A program made the position numbers and the translations under genes. Shown piece after piece: positions 57,381-64,000 of a stretch of DNA of 64,000 nt. Below the pieces are notes generated by a model. It had not been told where the DNA came from. It ran no database searches and was given only the letters and a program-made list of their open reading frames with translations. Source of the DNA: a virus; IMG/VR virus record IMGVR_UViG_3300025840_003418, positions 1-64,000 of that record; one strand, given 5' to 3'. How positions within the stretch are numbered: position 1 is the first letter of the stretch; the number at the start of each line of letters is the position of its first letter.

Positions 57381-58834
57381 TGGACCATGCATTAATATTC
57401 GGTGTACACGATATGATGCCCCATCGATTCCTAGGACCGCATCGTATTGCACATTACCTTAGGAATAATGGATGGGATATAGAAGTTGTAGACTTTGCTA
57501 GTTTTTGGACTTTAGAACAACTAAAAAATTTTATTAAATCACGAATACATAAAAAAACAAAGTTTATAGGATTTGGGTGTTGGTTTGGTAACTGGCCAGA
57601 GAATATAGATATGTTATCACATTGGATCAAAGATTATTATCCAGAAATAAAAATTATTTACGGCAGTCATACATATCCTAAATTTAATAACGAATCAATA
57701 GATTATTATACTGTAGGTTATGCAGAAAAAGCAATAATACAATTAGCTAATTATTTTCAAAACAACGGAACTATCAAGTTTGACACAAGATGGGAAAATA
57801 AAAAAATTATTCTTGCTAATGACACTTACCCTGCATTTCCGATGAACGAACTAGGTGTTATATACGAACATAGAGATCTTATAGAACCTTGGGAGTGGCT
57901 TACCATAGAATTTACAAGAGGTTGTAAATTTTCCTGCAAATTTTGCAATTATCCTATATTAGGCGTAAAAGACGATCACTCAACTGCTGCTTCTGACTTT
58001 GAGTACACTGTTAGAGATGCTTATGATAAATTTGGTGTGACAAATTATTATACAGCAGACGAAACATTAAATCAAGATAAATCTATGATAGAAAAATATG
58101 CAAATGTAGCTGATACATTAAATTTTAAATTAAGAATGCACGGATTTATGAGAGCAGATTTATTAATTGCTAATAAAGATACATGGGATCCATTGTCTCG
58201 GTTAGGTGTATTTGGGCATATGTATGGTATAGAAACGTTTAATAAAAAAACTGGCTCTAGTGTAGGGAAAGGAATGGATCCATTAAAAGTAAAAGAAGGC
58301 TTACTCGAAATACGAGAATGGTTTGATGCAATAGAACCATATCGAGGCAATATTAATATGGTGTGTGGATTACCGTTTGAAACTAAAGAAACTTGGGAAA
58401 GTGGCATTGAATGGCTTATGAAAAATTGGACATCTAAAGGAGACATAAGTGCTACTTATGCATTAGAAATACCGTTAAGTAGTATGGATTCAAAATTAAG
58501 TTTTATAAGTAATAATTGGAAAGCATTAGGATACAGAAGAAGAAAAACACCTTCTGAATCTTTACATGCTGTGAGTTCTCTAAAATATGCTGACGAATTA
58601 TTAGATTGGGAAAATGATTACATGGATCTTGACTGGGCAGTAAAAAGTTGTAATACAATATATAAACAGTATAAAGTTGATATGGGCGTTAGTGTTTGGC
58701 ACTGGGGAGATCATGGATTAATGAATTTAAGTTTTAAAGATCTTCAAAAAAAACAAAAACATTATAATCAATGGCCTAACAAAGAACTGGAAGATTTTTT
58801 ACAACGCTATATTAAAAAGAAAATAGAATTATGA
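57380..58834 (+). CDS. B12-binding-domain radical SAM, tandem paralog 3
   Basis: LGPHRIA, GYAE, TRGCKFSCKFC, DET, GIET. Confidence 0.85.
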   Translation: MDHALIFGVHDMMPHRFLGPHRIAHYLRNNGWDIEVVDFASFWTLEQLKNFIKSRIHKKTKFIGFGCWFGNWPENIDMLSHWIKDYYPEIKIIYGSHTYPKFNNESIDYYTVGYAEKAIIQLANYFQNNGTIKFDTRWENKKIILANDTYPAFPMNELGVIYEHRDLIEPWEWLTIEFTRGCKFSCKFCNYPILGVKDDHSTAASDFEYTVRDAYDKFGVTNYYTADETLNQDKSMIEKYANVADTLNFKLRMHGFMRADLLIANKDTWDPLSRLGVFGHMYGIETFNKKTGSSVGKGMDPLKVKEGLLEIREWFDAIEPYRGNINMVCGLPFETKETWESGIEWLMKNWTSKGDISATYALEIPLSSMDSKLSFISNNWKALGYRRRKTPSESLHAVSSLKYADELLDWENDYMDLDWAVKSCNTIYKQYKVDMGVSVWHWGDHGLMNLSFKDLQKKQKHYNQWPNKELEDFLQRYIKKKIEL

Positions 58835-59901
58835 GTATATATACAAACTGGGATCCTTTAGAATTATGTATTGTTGGAAATTGTCTAACTGAAGTGCCAG
58901 ACACTTGGAGTATCGATCCTAAGGCAAAACCATTATTAGAAAAAATATTAAAAGAAACAAAAGAAGACTTAGACAATTTAGCAGCACTAATTTCATCATT
59001 TAACACAAAAGTTTTGAGACCAACACCTAAAATATTTCCACAAAAGTCTAATTTACATAATTTTAGTATTTTAAACGCAACTAATCCTATTGTCCCGAGA
59101 GATCAATATTTTGTATACGATAAAACTATATATCAAACATACACTAGTTTACCAGATAGGTACTTTGACGGATTTAATTACTATAGCCTATTTAAAGATT
59201 TGTTTAAGCAAGGGCATAATTGGTTAAGTCTTCCGCCGCCGATTTTAAACAATCTAAATAATAACGAAAAATGGTATCTAGACGGGCAGGACATTTACCA
59301 TAATCGTTTAAACTACACATTATTATGGCATACTGCTACAATGTTTAAAGCAGGCAAAGATATTATTGTAAATAATCAAGGTCCGGGCACTCAGTTAGGG
59401 TTAGAATGGATAAAACGTAACGTTGATGCTGAATTTATACACAATGAAGATACATATGTCGATAGTTGGGGTCATATAGATCACGGATTTTACATGCCTA
59501 ACGATAACACTGTAATATGTATGGACGAACATTGGGTTCCGCAATGCCTACGTAATAAAGAATTAATATTACTAGATGGATTATTTGAAAGATTCGATTA
59601 TAAAAATTTTATAGAAGAAACTAACAATAAAGTAGATCCGTTTTCTTATAATTGGTTAGAAGATTGGTTTGATCAATGGACAGGATATTGTCAAGAAGTA
59701 GCGTTTGAAGCAAATGTTTTAGTAGTAGATCCAAATAATATTATATTTGCAACCGAACAGCCAGAAGTGTTTGCTAAATTAGGAGAATATAATATTAACT
59801 GTCACGTAAGTAAACTACGTCACGGAATGTTTTGGGCAGGAGGAATACATTGTATGACATTAGATATTAAACGTAGTGGTCTAAAGCGTTGCGTAATCTA
59901 G
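58831..59901 (+). CDS. Amidinotransferase (glycine/inosamine-phosphate amidinotransferase family)
   Basis: NWDPLE.CIVG, PRD, GHIDH and the catalytic GGIHCMT.D..R. Confidence 0.88.
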   Translation: MSIYTNWDPLELCIVGNCLTEVPDTWSIDPKAKPLLEKILKETKEDLDNLAALISSFNTKVLRPTPKIFPQKSNLHNFSILNATNPIVPRDQYFVYDKTIYQTYTSLPDRYFDGFNYYSLFKDLFKQGHNWLSLPPPILNNLNNNEKWYLDGQDIYHNRLNYTLLWHTATMFKAGKDIIVNNQGPGTQLGLEWIKRNVDAEFIHNEDTYVDSWGHIDHGFYMPNDNTVICMDEHWVPQCLRNKELILLDGLFERFDYKNFIEETNNKVDPFSYNWLEDWFDQWTGYCQEVAFEANVLVVDPNNIIFATEQPEVFAKLGEYNINCHVSKLRHGMFWAGGIHCMTLDIKRSGLKRCVI

Positions 59902-61078
59902 TATCTAATTGATTAAAATATTCATTGTCTGCGGTCAATGGAATTACAACACGTAAACCTTTCCATTCGTAGTTTTGTATACCTACATTTAAACCGTTTT
60001 CAAAGAATTTTTTTTGTGCTAACGGTATGTTATCTACAGGAAAAAATTTTAAGTTATAATATAAACCGTACGAAGTATAACTTTCAACAATACCGTCTTC
60101 TACTAGTTGACTAAACATAAGATTGCTTTTTGGTTTTAAATACTTATAGTTTTCAAATATACTTTCTTTTTCGATAATTTCTAAATATTTTAATGTGCTA
60201 TATATACCAGTTAAACTAAAACTATATGTGAAGCCATGACTCCAAAATTCATCTTTTACTGTATTAAAAACTTCTTTAGTCATTAAACACGAACTAAGAG
60301 GAAAGTAACCACCACTCAAACTTTTCCCCATTACAAATATATCAGGGTCTACATTAAATCCTTTTAGTTTTCCTAATTTTCCAGCACACATAGCAATATC
60401 ATCAATAATTAACAAAATATCTTTTGACTTACATAACAATTTAAGAGATTTCCAAAAGTTGTCACTGTATGGTGTTACACCTCCAAGCCAACTACAACTT
60501 TCCATAACAACACAACTTATGTCATCTGCATCTAATGCATTTTGTAAATTATTAAATAAAATGTTTTCATTATCATCTCTATATACACTTTTACAAAATT
60601 GATTGCGTCCTAGTGTGCGAGTCATAAAACTACCGCCACTTATACTAGAACTAAGATAAGTGCTACCATGATAACTTTCTGTTACTCCGATAATCTTATT
60701 TTTTTGCATATTACCGTTACATTGATGATATAATGCTGCTAATTTTACAGCACCCTCAACTGCATCACTACCTGATAAACTATAAAAACTGTAATATCCA
60801 TCTGTCATATCGTATAACTTTTGTGAAAGTTCTAACACTGCATCAGTTGTACTTAGGTATTCCCCACTTACAAATGGTATTTCTTTTGAACGGTTGGATA
60901 CATAATCAATAATGTCAGTTCTATCAAATCCTAACATAAAACTACCACAACTACCAAGACTTGTGTCTAAGAAGTCCTTTCCGTCTTTAATATAACCAAA
61001 CTTTGTATATCTCGAAACAATATTATAGTCAGAATTATTGTTATTTTCTGTAAAGGGAAAAAATATTTTTGGGGTCAT
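59867..61078 (-). CDS. Class III PLP-dependent aminotransferase
   Basis: SGSDAVEGAVKLA, SYHGST, LLIIDDI, PDIFVMGKSLSGGY.PLS, HGFTY. Start at 61078 after GGAG. Confidence 0.9.
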   Translation of the reverse strand: MTPKIFFPFTENNNNSDYNIVSRYTKFGYIKDGKDFLDTSLGSCGSFMLGFDRTDIIDYVSNRSKEIPFVSGEYLSTTDAVLELSQKLYDMTDGYYSFYSLSGSDAVEGAVKLAALYHQCNGNMQKNKIIGVTESYHGSTYLSSSISGGSFMTRTLGRNQFCKSVYRDDNENILFNNLQNALDADDISCVVMESCSWLGGVTPYSDNFWKSLKLLCKSKDILLIIDDIAMCAGKLGKLKGFNVDPDIFVMGKSLSGGYFPLSSCLMTKEVFNTVKDEFWSHGFTYSFSLTGIYSTLKYLEIIEKESIFENYKYLKPKSNLMFSQLVEDGIVESYTSYGLYYNLKFFPVDNIPLAQKKFFENGLNVGIQNYEWKGLRVVIPLTADNEYFNQLDTRLRNALDHYV

Positions 61079-61117
61079 ATATAATATCTCCAACGTATTT
61101 AACACTAAATACTGTTG

Positions 61118-63037
61118 ATGAAAAAAAATGTTTATCTATTTCAACCAGAAATATCTTCAGGCACACGACCCGAACATTACTTACCGTATAGTGTAGGATG
61201 TATTTGGGCGTATTGTAATCAATTTGAAGATATACAGAATAATTACGAGTTAAAAGATGTAATATGGAAACGTGAGCGACAAAAAGACGTACTGGATAGA
61301 ATAGAAGATCCGGTAGTATGTGCTTTTAGTTGTTATGTATGGAATGAAAATTGGAATCTTACTTGTGCTAAAAGAATTAAAGAACGCTGGCCCGAATGTA
61401 TCATTGTATTTGGTGGTCCAAGTGTAAACGAAAATTGGACAAAACACGAATTTATCGATGTAGCAATGTTCGGTGAGGGCGAAGAAAAATGGGCAGAGTT
61501 GTTACATAAAATTTTAAACAACGAAGCTCTAGATAGATATTGGAATAATCCGAGACAAAAAGAAATTGAAGATTATCCTAGTCCGTATGTTACTGGATTT
61601 TTTGATAAAATAATTGCTGACAATCCTGGCGTGTTTTGGTTTATGATGTTAGAAACAAATAGAGGATGTCCTTATCATTGTACGTTCTGCGGATGGGGTG
61701 CATCTTATTTAAATAAATTAAAAACTTTTGCCTTTGAAAGAGTACAAGCAGATATAGAATGGGCAATAACTCATAATATACATTGGATCTTTCCTATTGA
61801 TGCAAATAGCGGTATATTACGAGAACGTGATGTAGAGATAGCACATCTAATACGTAAAGCAATATTAGATCCAAGAAGTAACATTCGACGTGTAACATTT
61901 AACCATGCAAAAAATCTTAATCCAGCGTGTTTTGAAATGGAAAAAATAATTCAAGAATGGACTTATGGTTTAGAAGTTGCTATACAAAGTTTAAACGTTG
62001 ACACACTAAAGGCTGTTAAAAGATTTAATATGGGTCTAAATAATATCGAAAAAACCTATGCTGAATGTAATAAACACGGAATACGTCATTATACCGAACT
62101 AGTTCTAGGATTACCCTATGAAACTAAAGATACATATATTAATGGTCTTATGAAACTTTTAGAGTTAGGACAACATAACAGTGTAAAAACATATCTAGCA
62201 ACTGTTATACCTAATAGCGAAATGGATGACCCTGCATATCAAGAAAAATACGGAATAAAGCTTATACATCCTAAAGACCTATATAGACGTCCTGAAGAAA
62301 GGATTTGGGACGAAGAAGACGGTAGTGAAGAAGTAATTGCAATGGTTAGTGCTACTAATACAGCATCTTCACAAGATCTTGCAGATTGTTTAAGTTTTAG
62401 TTGGGTTTTAACTCAATTTCATTATGCAGGATATAGTCAAATAGTTGCACAATATCTTAACAATATTGCAGGTGTTTCTTATAGAGAATTTTACGATTTT
62501 ATGTACGAAGAAATAAAATCAGACGAATGGATCGGAGGTTTACAAAAAGATGTGGAAGAAATAATGCTTGCATATCTAGTAAACGGAGAAATTCCTCCAG
62601 AGAGTAAGTGGGGAAATATTGTAGCCCTTACGTTACCAGAAAGTTATGGTACTCAAGAGTTCTTTGCTCATAAAGATTATGTGATTAATTTAGTAATTAA
62701 GATTGCAAATAAATTAATTCAGTTACCTAAGTGTATAGAAGATTTACAATATGCATTTATGAAAGACGAAAATAAAGAGTATCCGTACTTTGTAAATAGT
62801 ACCGTTGATATTGATAGATGGACTGAATATGATTGCGTATACGAAGTTAGAGATAGATCAAAAGTAAGCCATCAAACAGATCAAATGTATAAAAAGTTTT
62901 TACATAAGACCGATCTATATAATACCACCAATCCCTATAAGCACATAAGTACAAGTGAGATTACTAAAGAACAAGAAAAATCATTACAGCCAGTAAGTTT
63001 AGTAGACAGTAAGGTAGAGGAAGGTAGTTTTCATTGA
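61118..63037 (+). CDS. B12-binding-domain radical SAM enzyme
   Basis: LPYSVG, FSCYVWN, IVFGGP, GEGE, ETNRGCPYHCTFC, LGLP.ET. Confidence 0.9.
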   Translation: MKKNVYLFQPEISSGTRPEHYLPYSVGCIWAYCNQFEDIQNNYELKDVIWKRERQKDVLDRIEDPVVCAFSCYVWNENWNLTCAKRIKERWPECIIVFGGPSVNENWTKHEFIDVAMFGEGEEKWAELLHKILNNEALDRYWNNPRQKEIEDYPSPYVTGFFDKIIADNPGVFWFMMLETNRGCPYHCTFCGWGASYLNKLKTFAFERVQADIEWAITHNIHWIFPIDANSGILRERDVEIAHLIRKAILDPRSNIRRVTFNHAKNLNPACFEMEKIIQEWTYGLEVAIQSLNVDTLKAVKRFNMGLNNIEKTYAECNKHGIRHYTELVLGLPYETKDTYINGLMKLLELGQHNSVKTYLATVIPNSEMDDPAYQEKYGIKLIHPKDLYRRPEERIWDEEDGSEEVIAMVSATNTASSQDLADCLSFSWVLTQFHYAGYSQIVAQYLNNIAGVSYREFYDFMYEEIKSDEWIGGLQKDVEEIMLAYLVNGEIPPESKWGNIVALTLPESYGTQEFFAHKDYVINLVIKIANKLIQLPKCIEDLQYAFMKDENKEYPYFVNSTVDIDRWTEYDCVYEVRDRSKVSHQTDQMYKKFLHKTDLYNTTNPYKHISTSEITKEQEKSLQPVSLVDSKVEEGSFH

Positions 63038-64000
63038 CACAATTTACAGAACAAGCCATTGATCAAATCTTTAAGTACATTGGTAACAGAAAAATATTAG
63101 ATCCTACAGTTTCACTTTGTCATCATTGCCATAGTCATATTCCTGCCTATAGGATGGAAGAAGACGGAATGATTTATCTAGTTAAATATTGTAATGAACA
63201 TGGGGTTCAAAAATATATAATAGAAACTAGTGCAGAATTTTATTATGGTTTGATGAAATCTATGGAAGATCCTAGGTTTAATATGTCTGGAGGTTTATTA
63301 ATAGAAACAACAGACAGATGTAATTTAGATTGTCCCCATTGCTATCATTTGCCTGATAACGATTCAGCAGATGTAAATAGACAAATATTAATAGATACAA
63401 TTAAAACATTTCCCATAGATAAACCAGGAGACGGTATACATAGAATTATATTAGCAGGAGCTGAACCTACTTTACGTCCAGACTTTCCACAACTGTGTGC
63501 AGAAGTAAGCGAAATACACGAAACTCTGCATCCGGCTGTAATGACCAATGGCATTCGATTTAATAATACAAGATGGCTTAAAGAATCAAAAGCAGCAGGA
63601 TTAGTTTCTGTAAACGTAGGATTAAATCATCCTTCATACCATAATCATAAAGTAATTAGAAATAAACAAGAAACTGCAATTAACAATATCTTTGAACAAG
63701 ATTTAGATATGGGGTACATTAGTTATACAATGATAGAAATGAACGAATTACCTGATATCCTACAAGAAATTATTAATTCACCGTGGCATCCCCAAACTTT
63801 CAGAGTGCGCTTAGGAAGCGAAATAGGCAGAAATGCAACACAGAATGTTTATAGACTAAGCACCTTATATTATGCTGCTAAGGAATGGTGCGAAAAAAAC
63901 AATAAAAGCTTTATTGATATAAACCCTGCAGATAACAATATCTACCATATGATGGTAGACATTGAAGGAAAAATAGTAAGACTAATACAATGGTGTGACG
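63034..64000 (+). CDS. Radical SAM enzyme with an N-terminal C/H metal finger (MJ0619/Tes-like architecture), 3' truncated; absent from the ORF track
   Basis: Hand translation from TTG 63034: TVSLCHHC...IYLVKYCNEHG, ETTDRCNLDCPHCY, AGAEPT, MTNG. The frame is open to the window end. Confidence 0.8.
   Translation, partial: MTQFTEQAIDQIFKYIGNRKILDPTVSLCHHCHSHIPAYRMEEDGMIYLVKYCNEHGVQKYIIETSAEFYYGLMKSMEDPRFNMSGGLLIETTDRCNLDCPHCYHLPDNDSADVNRQILIDTIKTFPIDKPGDGIHRIILAGAEPTLRPDFPQLCAEVSEIHETLHPAVMTNGIRFNNTRWLKESKAAGLVSVNVGLNHPSYHNHKVIRNKQETAINNIFEQDLDMGYISYTMIEMNELPDILQEIINSPWHPQTFRVRLGSEIGRNATQNVYRLSTLYYAAKEWCEKNNKSFIDINPADNNIYHMMVDIEGKIVRLIQWCD

Noticed and set aside
58831-59901. Amidinotransferase as an archaeosine synthase for the dpdA locus
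   Set aside because: Archaeosine is made by adding ammonia to the preQ0 nitrile (ArcS, QueF-like or Gat-QueC). This protein belongs to the Arg-dependent pentein family and lies about 37 kb from the locus.
1170-63554. Numerous short antisense or alternate-frame ORFs in the track (e.g. 1170-1658, 6430-6807, 21044-21502, 30297-30686, 58072-58446, 63345-63554)
   Set aside because: They lie within longer motif-bearing genes, lack SD sequences or motifs, and are best explained as shadow frames.
1-64000. tRNA, rRNA, CRISPR array, integrase/transposase, or stop-codon reassignment
   Set aside because: Intergenic gaps are short and no cloverleaf or repeat-spacer pattern was seen by eye. Genes are full length in the standard code, with TAA, TAG and TGA all used as stops.
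31205-64000. Island as contaminating bacterial biosynthetic cluster
   Set aside because: It shares the phage TAAATA motif at every divergent junction, contains a gene related to the phage fibre, and lacks transporters or regulators. Long-read confirmation is still advisable.

Overview
This window is a gene-dense, AT-rich segment of a large lytic dsDNA tailed phage (T4-like or jumbo-type). It carries a family-B DNA polymerase, a probable sliding clamp, an RNase H-like 5'-3' exonuclease, a MoxR/VWA pair, a tail fibre, sigma70-type early promoters and a recurrent TAAATA late-promoter motif. No tRNA, rRNA, CRISPR array or integrase was seen. There are four blocks. (1) 1-3.3 kb: modular putative internal-head polyproteins punctuated by hydrophobic-x-Glu sites. 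(2) 4.7-22 kb: replication genes, sugar-nucleotide enzymes, a 7-deazaguanine DNA-modification locus (DpdA/TGT-like, QueD/DpdL-like T-fold, FolE, QueE) interleaved with a glycosyltransferase and a purine PRTase, and heme-related genes. (3) 22-31 kb: a homing endonuclease, conserved core genes and the tail fibre. (4) 31.2-64 kb: a tailoring-enzyme island of at least 33 kb, still open at the right edge, with 11 radical SAM, about 13 Fe(II)/2OG-like oxygenases, an amidinotransferase, aminotransferase, sulfotransferase, desaturase, methyltransferase, nitroreductase and a QueC-like ATPase, arranged in divergent operons around TAAATA motifs. The best candidates for undescribed biology are this late-expressed modification island, a small SD-sequestering pseudoknot upstream of folE, and the extra genes inside the deazaguanine locus. 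All product calls come from motif reading only; no searches were run.
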